64,000 nucleotides of DNA from an uncultured archaeon (GCA_964430885.1 CAYSHM010000014.1:1-64000); one strand, 5' to 3'; positions 1 through 12,035 are shown, numbered from the stretch's first letter. Made by a program: numbers and translations. Notes: a model not told the origin generated them from the letters alone.

Positions 1-568
1 CACCGTCTCCATCACTATCTGTTTGGCCTTCACCGTCTCCTCCTCCATCGGAGATACCATCATTGTCCATATCTCCAACTTTTTCGGAATCTAGTGGATA
101 ACCGTCAGCGGGATCAAGAACACCGTCGCTGTCGGTATCGCCGTTCAGAGGATTTGTAGGGGTCCAGTCGCCATCATCGTTGAGCCTGTAATACTCATCA
201 TAATTGGTATAAGGCAGACCATCTACATAATCCGCTGTAACCTGAGCATTCTGCTCACCGGGGTTATTCCCCATTGTGATCGCATCAGGATCCTCATTTG
301 CATCTGTTGGGTCCATGGGATTCAGAGGAGTTCTTCCACCAGTTCCAGCTCCGTAAAGAATCTCCCATCCATCAGGAAGACCGTCATTATCAGAGTCGGG
401 ATTGTTTGGATTGGTTCCCCATTCAAATTCCTGCACATTTGACACACCGTCCCCATCGGGGTCGGCAAATGCATCATTATCATCCAGTGGGTCTGTTGCT
501 GCGGCCATTCCGGCAAATACTGATAATACCAGGAAGGCACCTACCCATATTGATATGCGTTTGTTCAT
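1..568 (-). CDS. Secreted Asp-rich Ca-binding repeat protein (bacterial TSP3-like DxDxDG repeats); runs off the window start (3' end missing)
   Basis: Not in the ORF track; translated by hand from ATG at 568 (GAGGTG RBS upstream): MNKRISIWVGAFLVLSVFAGMAAA (signal peptide), then DPDGDGVSNVQE, DSDNDGLPDGWE, DTDSDGVLD, DMDNDGISDG, DSDGDG; frame open to position 1. Confidence 0.85.
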   Translation of the reverse strand, partial: MNKRISIWVGAFLVLSVFAGMAAATDPLDDNDAFADPDGDGVSNVQEFEWGTNPNNPDSDNDGLPDGWEILYGAGTGGRTPLNPMDPTDANEDPDAITMGNNPGEQNAQVTADYVDGLPYTNYDEYYRLNDDGDWTPTNPLNGDTDSDGVLDPADGYPLDSEKVGDMDNDGISDGGGDGEGQTDSDGDG

Positions 569-643
569 TTTTTTCACCTCATTAATCAAGTTTTAACTTA
601 TTCTCTGATAATAGTTATAACCCTAGGAACTATATAAAGCTTG

Positions 644-684
644 TAGAACAATGTTCGAACTATCCTAGAACAATTTTCGAACTA
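644..684. promoter_or_regulatory. Tandem 19-bp direct repeat, putative transcription-factor operator next to a TATA box
   Basis: TAGAACAATGTTCGAACTA (644-662) and TAGAACAATTTTCGAACTA (666-684), 18/19 identical, 22-bp period; minus-strand TATA (CTTTATATA, 631-639) for the 568 gene is adjacent. Confidence 0.55.
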
Positions 685-803
685 ATTAATTTCTGCAAGA
701 AACACCCTTCCTAGCTTATATGATTAGGCAATTCTGGGATGAAAAATATATTGATATATCAACGAGATATCTCTACCCAGAAAAAAATATTCCAACAAAT
801 TTT

Positions 804-1823
804 TTAAAAATTTATACTATCAATATCTTCTGCTCCTATAATTCCCATTTCCGTAATGTAGCCTGTTATATATTTAGGGGCCGTGATATCAAAAGCGGGG
901 TTCAAAACCTCAGTGTCTTCCGGACAGATTTGACAGCCCCCCACTTGTGAAATTTCCAAATCACCTCGATACTCAATGATAATATTTTCTCGGCCTCTGA
1001 TGGAAAGATCAAATGTAGAAGAGGGGGCGGCCACATAAAAAGGTACATTATTCTCATGGGCCATCACAGCTTTTTCATAGGTCCCGATCTTATTGGCAAC
1101 ATATCCATCTCTGGTTATCCTATCGGCACCAGTAATAACAAGATCAACTTCACCCTGATTCATGAGGAAACCTGCTGCATTGTCCGTTATCAATATATGT
1201 GGTATTCCCGCTAATTTCAATTCCCAGGTGGTAAGCTTAGCTCCTTGTAGCCTTGGGCGTGTCTCATCCACCATAACCTTGAATTCAACTCCCTTTTCAT
1301 GAGCAAATATCATTGGTGCCAAAGCAGTTCCCCATCTTACAGTGGCTAAAGGACCTGCGTTGCAGTGAGTTAATATAGTCATACCTTCTGAGATCAGTTC
1401 ACTTCCATATTCCCCAATTTTCCTGCATTTATCTATGATTTCGGCTTCTATACATGAACACTTTTCTCTCAGATATCCCAAATCGCCCTTCCAATTGCTG
1501 GAAACCAGATCTATCATATGGAAAAGATCCCCAGCTGTGGGACGAGTTGATCTTAAGGAACTGATCACGTGGTAAATGTCATGACCGTGGTAAAGGGCCT
1601 GGTATATGGACCAGACCGCGCTGATCCCTATAGCAGGAGCCCCCCTCACTACCATTTCATTAATGGCAAAAATATTTGATTCCAGATCCTCTGCTATATA
1701 TATATCCATAGAAAAGGGCAGGTTTCTTTGATCAATATAACAAACATTATTTTGCTTAAAATCATACCATACTGATTTAAACTTTTTAAAATCATGGAAT
1801 AGAATCCCTTCTTGGTCCTTCAT
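804..1823 (-). CDS. mtnA: S-methyl-5-thioribose-1-phosphate isomerase (eIF-2B-like family)
   Basis: MVVRGAPAIG, STRPTA, LTHCNAG, DETRPRLQGAKLT, GADRI, NKIGTY, NPAFDIT motifs. Confidence 0.9.
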   Translation of the reverse strand: MKDQEGILFHDFKKFKSVWYDFKQNNVCYIDQRNLPFSMDIYIAEDLESNIFAINEMVVRGAPAIGISAVWSIYQALYHGHDIYHVISSLRSTRPTAGDLFHMIDLVSSNWKGDLGYLREKCSCIEAEIIDKCRKIGEYGSELISEGMTILTHCNAGPLATVRWGTALAPMIFAHEKGVEFKVMVDETRPRLQGAKLTTWELKLAGIPHILITDNAAGFLMNQGEVDLVITGADRITRDGYVANKIGTYEKAVMAHENNVPFYVAAPSSTFDLSIRGRENIIIEYRGDLEISQVGGCQICPEDTEVLNPAFDITAPKYITGYITEMGIIGAEDIDSINF

Positions 1824-2108
1824 GCATACCCAATATTATTTCATATTAATTATTATTTGGTAGACAGGAATATTTATTGAAAGTGCTACATTTTTAAAAA
1901 TTGAAGACATCATTATGAATCCAAGTTTATTCCAAGCTGAGATGGGATAAGAAAATATTTAAATCAGGGTTTGTTTCATAGTGAAGGTGTCCCTCGGATT
2001 TAAGCCGATAAAAATCAGATTCGAATCATATAAAATTGATTATACTTAGTAAAATTTATTCAAAGAATTGACCAATGTAAGAACATCAATTCCTGCAGGT
2101 GTGTAAAT

Positions 2109-3503
2109 ATGTCAGAGGAAAACATCTACGATAAAATGCTTGCTGAACCTTTCAGGATAAAGGTTGTGGAACCGATCCGTGTTACAGACAGAGCTCAGAG
2201 GGAAAAAATTTTAAAAGATGCAGATTACAACATATTCAAAATAAGATCGGTGGATGTTTTCATCGACCTCCTCACCGATTCAGGAACTGCTGCAATGAGC
2301 CATGATCAGTGGGCAGGGATAATGAAAGGCGATGAATCCTATGCAATGTGCAGAAATTATTTTTCTTTGAAAGAAGTAGTAGAAGACCTATTCGGATTTG
2401 AAAACTTCGTTCCCACCCATCAGGGCAGAGCTGCGGAGAACATATTATTTTCCATCGTGGTAAATAATGGGAACATAATTCCCAACAATATGCATTTCGA
2501 TACCACAAGAGCAAACATAGAAGTTAGAGGTGGGCGAGCTCTCAACCTTGTAAACAAGGGAGCATATGATCCTACACTTGAACTACCCTTCAAAGGGAAC
2601 ATCGACCTGGATGAACTCGAGAAGGCCTTGGTAAATTTCGGAAAGGAGAAAATTCCGCTAATCATGCTCACTATTACCAATAATTCAGGAGGTGGACAGC
2701 CGGTTTCCATGGAGAACATTCGAGGAGTTAGGAAACTTGCTGACAAGCATGAAATCCCCTTCTTCTTCGATGCCTGCAGGTTCTCGGAGAATGCCTATTT
2801 TATAAAAGAAAGAGAACCTGAGTTTGAAAATACAGATGTCAGGGATATAGTTAGAGAGATGTTCTCATATGTGGACGGTTTTACAATGTCCGCCAAAAAG
2901 GACGGGCTCTGCAATATCGGCGGACTTCTAGCAGCAAGGGATGACGAGCTGTTCAGAAGGATCCAGGAGGTATTGATCATAAGGGAAGGGTTCATAACTT
3001 ACGGAGGTCTTGCAGGGAGGGATCTTGAAGCCCTGGCCATAGGATTCAGGGAAGCCACTGAAGAGAGCTATCTTAAATACCGAACCGGTCAGATCAAATA
3101 TCTTGCCGATAGGTTGACTGAGGAAGGCATTCCCATCATACGTCCTCCTGGGGGACATGCGGTCTATATTGATGCTAAAACCCTTCTGCCCCACATCCCC
3201 CAGAGTGAATTTCCAGCACAGGCACTCACTTTAGAGCTTTATTTGGAAGCAGGTATTAGGGGCGTGGAGATCGGAAGCGTCATGTTCGCCGGAAAAGACC
3301 ACGAAACCGGCGAGGTGGTGTATCCGGAACTTGAGTTACTGCGCCTTGCTATCCCCCGCCGAGTATATACCAACAACCATTTGGATGTCGTGGTTGAGGC
3401 CTTTAAGAATATCAGAAAAAGAGCAGGCTCAATCAAGGGATACAAAATCGTTTGGGAACCACCTACCCTCCGGCACTTCATTGCAGAGTTTTCACCCCTT
3501 TAA
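2109..3503 (+). CDS. tnaA: Tryptophanase (PLP-dependent beta-eliminating lyase)
   Basis: EPFRIKVVEP, DLLTDSGT, HQGRAAE, MSAKKD (PLP Lys); FDTT and C-terminal LRHF are tryptophanase-type rather than tyrosine phenol-lyase-type (FTTT/LRFF). Confidence 0.85.
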   Translation: MSEENIYDKMLAEPFRIKVVEPIRVTDRAQREKILKDADYNIFKIRSVDVFIDLLTDSGTAAMSHDQWAGIMKGDESYAMCRNYFSLKEVVEDLFGFENFVPTHQGRAAENILFSIVVNNGNIIPNNMHFDTTRANIEVRGGRALNLVNKGAYDPTLELPFKGNIDLDELEKALVNFGKEKIPLIMLTITNNSGGGQPVSMENIRGVRKLADKHEIPFFFDACRFSENAYFIKEREPEFENTDVRDIVREMFSYVDGFTMSAKKDGLCNIGGLLAARDDELFRRIQEVLIIREGFITYGGLAGRDLEALAIGFREATEESYLKYRTGQIKYLADRLTEEGIPIIRPPGGHAVYIDAKTLLPHIPQSEFPAQALTLELYLEAGIRGVEIGSVMFAGKDHETGEVVYPELELLRLAIPRRVYTNNHLDVVVEAFKNIRKRAGSIKGYKIVWEPPTLRHFIAEFSPL

Positions 3504-3855
3504 TCCTCAATATTTCATCTGGAAAATTGATATTTTTCATAATTTTATACTTTTTCGACCCACATCGAACGAAAGGATTTGCTCACAGTTAATTGCCCAT
3601 CATATGGAAAAGAAAAGGCCGCTAAAAAGGAGTCGCCAGAATATTTATTTTCATTCAATTAAGTGGGTTGGGATTAACTAGAAAGTCCATGCCTCTTCGA
3701 ATTACAGGAAAGAGTATAAATATGATTAAAGGTTTTACACGCCAAACCATTTGGTGTGAAAAATTAGCTATGTAAATGAGTAAAATAATAGCTGATAAAA
3801 CTCCATATAAAATATAACCACTAAACAAAGATTTTATCCAAGGACGGTTGAGAAA

Positions 3856-4284
3856 ATGGCAAAGGGGATTTTCGCTGGTAGGAAAATAAAGAACGATAAG
3901 AAAAGTCGCCGATGGGCAGATAGATACTACAAGAGGAGAATGACCAATTACAGGAAGAAGGCCAATCCTCTTGGAGGTGCACCCCAAGCTAGAGGCATCG
4001 TTCTGGAGAAAAAAGCTGTGGAAGCAAAACAGCCCAACTCCGCCCTCCGAAAATGCGTCAAAGTCCAGCTTATCAAGAATGGAAGGCAGATCACTGCATT
4101 CACTCCTGGTGAAGGTGCGATAAATTTCGTGGATGAACATGACGAAGTAGTGGTTGAAGGCATAGGCGGCAGTAAGGGCGGACCTAAAGGAGACATTCCT
4201 GGTGTCCGCTATAAAGTAGTAAAGGTCAACGGAGTGGCACTTCTGGAATTGGTCAGGGGCAGAAAGGAGAAACCCATTCGATAG
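3856..4284 (+). CDS. rps12: 30S ribosomal protein S12 (uS12)
   Basis: [34 protein letters not shown]. Confidence 0.98.
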   Translation: MAKGIFAGRKIKNDKKSRRWADRYYKRRMTNYRKKANPLGGAPQARGIVLEKKAVEAKQPNSALRKCVKVQLIKNGRQITAFTPGEGAINFVDEHDEVVVEGIGGSKGGPKGDIPGVRYKVVKVNGVALLELVRGRKEKPIR

Positions 4285-4321
4285 ATAGAATATTACAAAT
4301 TATCAATTATATGGATCATGA

Positions 4322-4948
4322 GTGATAGTTATGACAGAGGAGCAAATTACGAAAGGAAATACCACTGAAAACAGCCAAGTCTATGGCATTAACCTGCTAT
4401 TCGGGAAATGGGACCTATCAGGTGTGGCAGTTGAAGATCCCAGTCTCAAGAGATACATCAATCTTGACGCGGTATCAGTGCCCCATAGTTGCGGCAGAAG
4501 CGCAAATAAATGGTTGGGAAACATCTCAACTTCAGTGGTGGAACGTCTGATAAACAAACTTATGCGTACCTGTCATTATACTGGGATGAAATCAAAATCA
4601 TACAAAATTGTGATGGATACCTTTGAGATCATTCACAAGAGAACAAAAACCAATCCAGTTCAGATCCTAGTAAATGCCATAGAAAACACAGCGCCGAGAG
4701 AGGAAACCACAAGATTGAGGTTTGGCGGAGTATCCGTTCTTCAGGCAGTGGATACCGCTCCATCTAGAAGATTGAGCATTGCTCTGCAGAACATCACTAA
4801 AGGAGCTGTGAACAGTTCTTTCAAAAGCAAAAAGAGAGCTGCAGAATGCCTGGCAAATGAGATAATGAACGCTGCCGAAGATAAGAACACCTCTTTTGCT
4901 GTTTCAAAGAAGAATGAGATCGAAAGGATAGCGGCCTCAGCCCGATAA
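4322..4948 (+). CDS. rps7: 30S ribosomal protein S7 (uS7); likely start ATG 4331
   Basis: LFGKW, VERLINKLM, NPVQILVNAIEN.APREE, AVD.AP.RR, ERIAASAR. Confidence 0.97.
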   Translation: MIVMTEEQITKGNTTENSQVYGINLLFGKWDLSGVAVEDPSLKRYINLDAVSVPHSCGRSANKWLGNISTSVVERLINKLMRTCHYTGMKSKSYKIVMDTFEIIHKRTKTNPVQILVNAIENTAPREETTRLRFGGVSVLQAVDTAPSRRLSIALQNITKGAVNSSFKSKKRAAECLANEIMNAAEDKNTSFAVSKKNEIERIAASAR

Positions 4949-5130
4949 ATAATAAAAATGTTTAATTGGAGTTATAAAAAATATGCTCCGGTGAATCATT
5001 GCTTCGGGACGGGACAAGGGTCTTATTTTTTTTAATCATTTCACTACTAATAATAAATAATATAGAATAAAAAAAAACCAAATAACAACGACGGACTGAT
5101 TGGTCCTTTACATATGTAAAAGGTGTTTTC

Positions 5131-7320
5131 ATGGGAAGAAAAGAAAAAAACATCGCACAAGCACAAGAAATAATGAGTAAACCTAAATTCATCAGAAATA
5201 TAGGAATAGCCGCTCATATCGATCACGGAAAAACCACTCTAAGCGATAACCTGATTGCTGGAGCTGGAATGATGTCTGAAGAATTGGCTGGCAAACAGTT
5301 ATTGCTGGATTTTGATGAACAGGAGCAGGATAGAGGAATTACCATCAACGCTGCTAATGTATCAATGGTCCATAAATGGAAAGGTGACGATTACTTGATC
5401 AACCTTGTAGATACTCCTGGTCATGTGGACTTCGGCGGTGATGTAACAAGGGCCATGAGGGCTGTGGATGGCTGCGTAATTGTTGTTTGCGCCGTTGAGG
5501 GTGTCATGCCCCAGACTGAAACAGTGGTTCGGCAAGCTCTCAAAGAAAGAGTTAGACCAACACTATTTATCAACAAGGTTGACAGACTAATAAACGAACT
5601 AAAGGTCACGGAACAGCAGATGCAGGTACAGTTTATCAATATCATCAAGGATGTCAATAAATTGATTGCTAAAAATGTCCCGCCAGAGCATAAGAAGGAT
5701 TGGGTTGTAAAGGTTGAGGACGGTTCCGTTGCATTCGGTTCCGCATACTGCAACTGGGCTATATCCATTCCCTATATGAAAGAGAGCGGAATATCATTCA
5801 AGGAAATATACGATTACTGTGCCAAGAAAGACCAGAGAGCCCTAGCAAAGAAAGCGCCCGTTCATGAGGTATTACTCGATATGATAATCAAGCATCTTCC
5901 TTCACCTTTTGATGCACAGAAGGAAAGGATCCCCAATATTTGGAAAGGAGATCTGGAATCAGAAATAGGTCAAGCACTTTATCATACAAAAACGGATGCT
6001 GAGACCGTATTCATGGTCGTAAAGATATTCATGGACAAACATGCTGGTGAGATCGCCATTGGAAGACTATTTTCGGGTTCAGTCAAGAAGGGCGATAGTC
6101 TCGAGGTCGTTGGCATGCCGGGTGCAGCAAGGATCCAGAGGGTAGGAGTGTTCGTGGGTGCAGACAGGATCGATGTGCCCAAGGTTATTGCAGGCAACGT
6201 TGTTGCGGTAACTGGTTTGAGGAATGCTATTGCTGGATCAACAGTAGCTTCTAGATCGGACATCACACCCTTCGAAAGGATTGTGCATGTTTCCGAACCA
6301 GTTGTAACCGTTGCAATCGAAGCTAAAAATATGAGAGATCTTCCGAAATTGATCGAAGTTCTAAGGACGGTCGAAAAGGCCGATCCATCTCTAAAAGTAT
6401 CTATCAACCAGGAAACCGGTGAACATCTGTTGTCTGGAATGGGTGAGCTTCATTTGGAAATCACGGATTACAGGATCGTGAATGAATATGGAATTCCAAT
6501 CATATCATCAGATCCGATAGTTGTGTATAGGGAGACAGTTCAGAAAACAAGTCCGAATTTCGAGGGAAAATCGCCCAACAAGCACAATAAGTTCTATATT
6601 GAAGCTGAGCCCTTGGAAGATGAAGTTTATCAAGCCATTAAGAAAGGTGAACTAGAGGAAGGTAAACTCAAGTCTGATGTGTCAAAGGACCTTATCAAAT
6701 TGGGAATTCCCAAACTGGAGGCAAAGGGCGCATATGCAGTAATTGGAAACAACTTACTTGTGAATGCTTCCAGAGGTGTTCAATATTTACATGAGACAAA
6801 GGAGCTCATTATCGAAGGATTCAAGGAAGCCATAACTGCCGGACCCCTAGCCAGGGAAACTGTTGATAAAGTTAAGATCAGACTGGTCGATGCTAAACTA
6901 CACGAGGATGCAATTCACAGAGGACCTGCACAGGTAATTCCTGCTGTAAGGTCTGCAGTATACGGCGCCTTAATGTGTGCTGACGCTGTTATCACTGAAC
7001 CGATGATGGATGTTTTCATCACCGCGCCCCACGATTATATGGGAAAGATGACAACGGAATTGGCCCAGAGAAGAGGAAATATCAAAGAAATGAAATCTGC
7101 AGGGGACCAGACTACGATTACCTGCAGGGCTCCAATAGCAGAGATGTTCGGATTCTCTTCATCAGTTAGAGGAGCCACCCAGGGAAGAGCTCTTTGGACC
7201 ACGGAATTCAAGGGATTCAGTGTGCTTCCCAGAGGCATGCAGGCGGAGGTCATTGAAAGCATAAGAACCCGCAAGGGACTGAAACCTCAACCTCCTGATG
7301 CTAGTTATTATTCAGCATAA
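5131..7320 (+). CDS. fusA: Translation elongation factor EF-2
   Basis: AHIDHGKTT, RGITI, DTPGHVDF, NKVD; diphthamide loop HEDAIHRGPAQ. Confidence 0.98.
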   Translation: MGRKEKNIAQAQEIMSKPKFIRNIGIAAHIDHGKTTLSDNLIAGAGMMSEELAGKQLLLDFDEQEQDRGITINAANVSMVHKWKGDDYLINLVDTPGHVDFGGDVTRAMRAVDGCVIVVCAVEGVMPQTETVVRQALKERVRPTLFINKVDRLINELKVTEQQMQVQFINIIKDVNKLIAKNVPPEHKKDWVVKVEDGSVAFGSAYCNWAISIPYMKESGISFKEIYDYCAKKDQRALAKKAPVHEVLLDMIIKHLPSPFDAQKERIPNIWKGDLESEIGQALYHTKTDAETVFMVVKIFMDKHAGEIAIGRLFSGSVKKGDSLEVVGMPGAARIQRVGVFVGADRIDVPKVIAGNVVAVTGLRNAIAGSTVASRSDITPFERIVHVSEPVVTVAIEAKNMRDLPKLIEVLRTVEKADPSLKVSINQETGEHLLSGMGELHLEITDYRIVNEYGIPIISSDPIVVYRETVQKTSPNFEGKSPNKHNKFYIEAEPLEDEVYQAIKKGELEEGKLKSDVSKDLIKLGIPKLEAKGAYAVIGNNLLVNASRGVQYLHETKELIIEGFKEAITAGPLARETVDKVKIRLVDAKLHEDAIHRGPAQVIPAVRSAVYGALMCADAVITEPMMDVFITAPHDYMGKMTTELAQRRGNIKEMKSAGDQTTITCRAPIAEMFGFSSSVRGATQGRALWTTEFKGFSVLPRGMQAEVIESIRTRKGLKPQPPDASYYSA

Positions 7321-7428
7321 GCACATAAGGTATTTGAACTAAATGAAAGGTATTTAATTAAATTAAAAAAGGAAAGTTATTTAAATGGTAATTACATTTA
7401 ACCTGAAAAAAATTGAGAGGTAGTTATT

Positions 7429-8721
7429 ATGGTAGAGAAACCACACATCAATGTAGTGTTCATAGGGCATGTCGACCACGGAAAATCCACCCTTGTGGGA
7501 AGGACCCTTCTGGACACGGGGAGTATATCCCAGCATGTAATAGACAAATACAGGAAAGAAGCAGAAGAAAAGGGCAAAGCCGGTTTCGAATTTGCCTACG
7601 TTATGGACGGGCTGAAGGAGGAAAGAGAGCGTGGTCTAACAATAGACCTGGCCCACAAGCGTTTTGACACGGACAAACATTATTTCACCATCATAGACGC
7701 ACCGGGTCACAGGGATTTTGTAAAGAACATGATCACAGGTACCTCTCAAGCCGACGCAGGTGTTCTTGTATGTGCTGCAACCGAAGGTATCATGGCCCAG
7801 ACTAAGGAACATCTCTGGTTATCCAAGGTCATGGGTGTTCAGCAGTTGATCGTTGTAGTCAACAAGATCGATGCGACCCAACCAGGATACGATCAGAAGA
7901 CCTTTGAGAAAGTAAAGAAGGAACTGTCGGCAATGCTGCCACGAGTTGGATTCAGACTGGACAGCACACCAATAATTCCCGGTTCCGCACTAAAGGGCGA
8001 CAATGTTGTGAACAAGAGCGACAACTTACCCTGGTGGGACGGACCAACAGTTCTTCAGGCATTCGATAAGCTACAGCCACCCAAACCGCTTGATGATGCA
8101 CCTTTAAGACTTCCTATACAGGATGTTTACAGCATCAGAGGTATCGGCGCTGTGCCTGTTGGACGTATTGAGACTGGTTACCTAAAACCAGGTCTTAAGG
8201 TATCAATTGTACCTTCAAGAAGATATGGAGGAGTAATAGGTGAGATAAAATCCATTGAAATGCATCATGAAGAGGTTCCCGAAGCTCATGTTGGAGACAA
8301 CGTAGGTTTCAATCTCAGAGGTGTTGGAAAGAAGGATATAAGGAGGGGAGACGTGGCAGGACCTGCTGATGCACCACCGACCGTCGCCAAGAAGTTCAAA
8401 GCACAGATCATGGTAATCTCACATCCCAACGTAATAACCGAGGGATACACACCTGTTTTCCACGCCCATACCGCACAGGTAGCTTGCAGATTCACTAAAC
8501 TTCTAGCAAGATTGAACGCCCGGACCGGAGCTGTTGAGGAACAGAACCCCGATTTCATTAAGACCGGACAGGCAGCTATTGTGGAGATCACACCCACCAG
8601 ACCGCTGGTCATAGAAGAACAGTCCAAGGTAAGGCAGCTTTCAAGCTTTGCTATCAGAGATATGGGACAGACAGTGGCAGCCGGCCAGTGTATCAAGATT
8701 CTGGAAAAACAGGAAAGCTAG
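7429..8721 (+). CDS. tuf: Translation elongation factor EF-1 alpha
   Basis: [42 protein letters not shown]. Confidence 0.98.
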   Translation: MVEKPHINVVFIGHVDHGKSTLVGRTLLDTGSISQHVIDKYRKEAEEKGKAGFEFAYVMDGLKEERERGLTIDLAHKRFDTDKHYFTIIDAPGHRDFVKNMITGTSQADAGVLVCAATEGIMAQTKEHLWLSKVMGVQQLIVVVNKIDATQPGYDQKTFEKVKKELSAMLPRVGFRLDSTPIIPGSALKGDNVVNKSDNLPWWDGPTVLQAFDKLQPPKPLDDAPLRLPIQDVYSIRGIGAVPVGRIETGYLKPGLKVSIVPSRRYGGVIGEIKSIEMHHEEVPEAHVGDNVGFNLRGVGKKDIRRGDVAGPADAPPTVAKKFKAQIMVISHPNVITEGYTPVFHAHTAQVACRFTKLLARLNARTGAVEEQNPDFIKTGQAAIVEITPTRPLVIEEQSKVRQLSSFAIRDMGQTVAAGQCIKILEKQES

Positions 8722-8747
8722 GATCGATATGTAGTAGGTGAGATAAT

Positions 8748-9059
8748 ATGGGACCAAAAGCGAGGATTTCACTGACAGGTACAGACCCGAAAAGGGTAGA
8801 CAACGTATGCGAACAGATCAAGGAAATATCAAAGAGGACCGGTGTTTCCATTTCCGGACCGATCCCGCTCCCTACAAAGGAACTGGTAGTTCCCTGCAGA
8901 AAAAGTCCCGATGGTGAAGGGACTGAAACCTGGGAACGATGGACCATGAGAATTCATAAGAGACTTATCGACCTAGGGGCTGACGAAAGGGCCCTAAGGC
9001 AGCTTATGAGGATCAAGGTCCCTGATGAAGTGAATATCGAGATTATTCTAAAGAACTGA
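8748..9059 (+). CDS. rps10: 30S ribosomal protein S10 (uS10)
   Basis: [24 protein letters not shown]. Confidence 0.97.
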   Translation: MGPKARISLTGTDPKRVDNVCEQIKEISKRTGVSISGPIPLPTKELVVPCRKSPDGEGTETWERWTMRIHKRLIDLGADERALRQLMRIKVPDEVNIEIILKN

Positions 9060-9208
9060 TCTCGATATTCTTCATTTTATTTTTGATATATATTCTGCGC
9101 TCTATCATAACTGATAGGTTCATTTTTTCTTCTTCGACATTAAGAAACGAAAGATATATCCCTGAGATATGGGTATATCGAGAAATCGTTTTTAAAGGAA
9201 TACACGAA

Positions 9209-9327
9209 GCAGGGATAGCCAAGCATGGTCAACGGCGCAGGACTTAAGATCGCAAACACCCCAGGGTTGTGCCGCGCTGAGACATCCTGTCCTCAGTGGT
9301 TCGTGGGTTCGAATCCCACTCCCTGCA
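9209..9327 (+). tRNA. tRNA-Leu(UAA) with a 35-nt canonical intron (9249-9283)
   Basis: Acceptor stem GCAGGGA/TCCCTGC plus discriminator A; anticodon arm CAGGA-CT-TAA-G|A-TCCTG split at 37/38; BHB central helix CTTA/TGAG; long variable arm; T arm GTGGG-TTCGAAT-CCCAC; CCA not encoded. Confidence 0.93.
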
Positions 9328-9426
9328 TCTATTCTTATCAAGTAAGCAAATCAAAAAATACATTCAATTCATAATCCAAAATGCACTCGTTATCACATGA
9401 AAAATCAAGGCGGAACGGTGAAATAA

Positions 9427-10449
<1,023 letters not shown>

Positions 10450-10522
10450 ATACTGTCTGTTTAATTTTATTGAGCTTTAAAACCATAATTAAGTGTGCGC
10501 TAATCCGAACCGGAGGTTATCC

Positions 10523-10771
10523 ATGGGAGATATTCGTGATATTCTCAACAGATATAGGTGGGATCCGGATATAGACCTGAAAGGACTCCGAATCTGCTAT
10601 ATTCACAGAGGGGTTCCAGGTGATGTGAAATGGATCGGTGGAGAGTGCATCATAGAAATTGAACAGAATTTCATTAAGGTCGCCGGAGAAGATATTGACA
10701 ATGTTCTCATACCCCTTCACAGGATCGTTATCATTGAGGATCAAGGCAAAGTTCTGCTTGATAGGACTTGA
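10523..10771 (+). CDS. DUF504 / MJ1316-like RNA-repair domain protein
   Basis: RDILNRYRWD, YIHRG, IPLHRI; GGAGGT RBS before ATG 10523. Confidence 0.8.
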   Translation: MGDIRDILNRYRWDPDIDLKGLRICYIHRGVPGDVKWIGGECIIEIEQNFIKVAGEDIDNVLIPLHRIVIIEDQGKVLLDRT

Positions 10772-10805
10772 TAGCTCCAGATGGAGAGGCTTGTTTTTAT
10801 TTTAT

Positions 10806-11405
10806 TCAGAGAAAACCTTCCCTGCCTAGATCCTGATGAAGCTTTCCGAATCCGGGGCAATGATACCAATCTTTTTTATATCTGCACTTCTCGCATATCT
10901 TCTCGATCTTTCTTGCTCTCAGATTGACCAGCATACCTGAGAACATCACAAGCATATAGAAGATATAAAGTGAAAGGCAAATATGCAATCCAGTTCTGAA
11001 AACCCCTATGGTGGTAAGGCCGATTCCCAAACCGAGGGTGAATTTGATAAGATGCCGAAACCGTTCACCTTTTCCAAATAATGACAGAAGCTGAAAAGAC
11101 CCTAAAAAGAATCCCGGAAGTATATAATAATACCATGGATATAGAAATGCCAAGTCGGTAAGCAGGGAATATGAAATCACTATCAGGGCAGTAGGATAAG
11201 CAATAAAACACCCCGCACACAGCCGGATCTGACCCAGATGAAGTACATCATCCTGAAAGGTCCGGCAGTGAGGGTGATGGCTTAATAAATAGGGCCAGGA
11301 TATTCCTAAGAAACGTTTTACCCTAGCAATTTTTTCTCTTACATTCATACATTCACGCCCTAAAAAGGTCCCCTTCATGAGTAGTGAATTAGGCATTCCC
11401 GCCAT
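10806..11405 (-). CDS. Membrane protein with Cys/His motifs (DUF2085-like); start may be 11348
   Basis: SHHPHC, LCAGC, about 4 hydrophobic helices, C-terminal CEKC...CPG. Confidence 0.55.
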   Translation of the reverse strand: MAGMPNSLLMKGTFLGRECMNVREKIARVKRFLGISWPYLLSHHPHCRTFQDDVLHLGQIRLCAGCFIAYPTALIVISYSLLTDLAFLYPWYYYILPGFFLGSFQLLSLFGKGERFRHLIKFTLGLGIGLTTIGVFRTGLHICLSLYIFYMLVMFSGMLVNLRARKIEKICEKCRYKKDWYHCPGFGKLHQDLGREGFL

Positions 11406-11542
11406 TTATAAATTTAATTATGATAAATATCTTCATTTGGTAACTGCATTAAGAAGCTGAAGCATAGATTACAGGTTAATTTTATATATCTATAATGATT
11501 ATTTCTATTTTTCTAAATGAAAACAATTAATAGGGTGATAAT

Positions 11543-11917
11543 TTGAGCGGTAAAATTGGAGAAGAGAGAAGTCCTATTACCTGGATCATCATTAGCATAT
11601 GTACCTTAGGTATAGGCTATTTGATCTGGGTCAATAAAGTTTACAAAGAAACGAATGGATATACCGGAAACGAGGTCAGCCCTATCGTCTGGGGTCTGAT
11701 AATACACATCTGTGTACCTTTGGGCGGTTTACTGTGTTATATGAAATTAGCTGATAGCCTAGAGGACATGCAGAAGATCAGCGGACTTGAAGCACCGGGG
11801 AAGGTGGTTCTTATGGTCCTTGGTCTGTTCATCCCCATAGTAAATGTATATCTGGTACAGGATTACCTGAACAAGACGTGGGCTGCTGCATCAGGAACCA
11901 AATCCGTTGCAATATAA
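11543..11917 (+). CDS. DUF4234-like membrane protein
   Basis: IGEERSPITWIIISICTLGIGYLIW...KE, C-terminal YLVQDYLN; GGGTGA RBS. Confidence 0.65.
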   Translation: MSGKIGEERSPITWIIISICTLGIGYLIWVNKVYKETNGYTGNEVSPIVWGLIIHICVPLGGLLCYMKLADSLEDMQKISGLEAPGKVVLMVLGLFIPIVNVYLVQDYLNKTWAAASGTKSVAI

Positions 11918-11949
11918 ACAGACCACATATCCTTTCCAGCAGGGGAATT

Positions 11950-11980
11950 TGGAGGCTGATTAGGCCTCCATTTATTTTTT
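11950..11980 (+). terminator. Hairpin plus T-tract, putative terminator
   Basis: TGGAGGC-TGATTAG-GCCTCCA followed by TTTATTTTTT. Confidence 0.55.
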
Positions 11981-12035
11981 ATTTTATATAAAATAATAAT
12001 TTTTTTATAGCTGGAAGCAATGAGGGGGTAACCAT

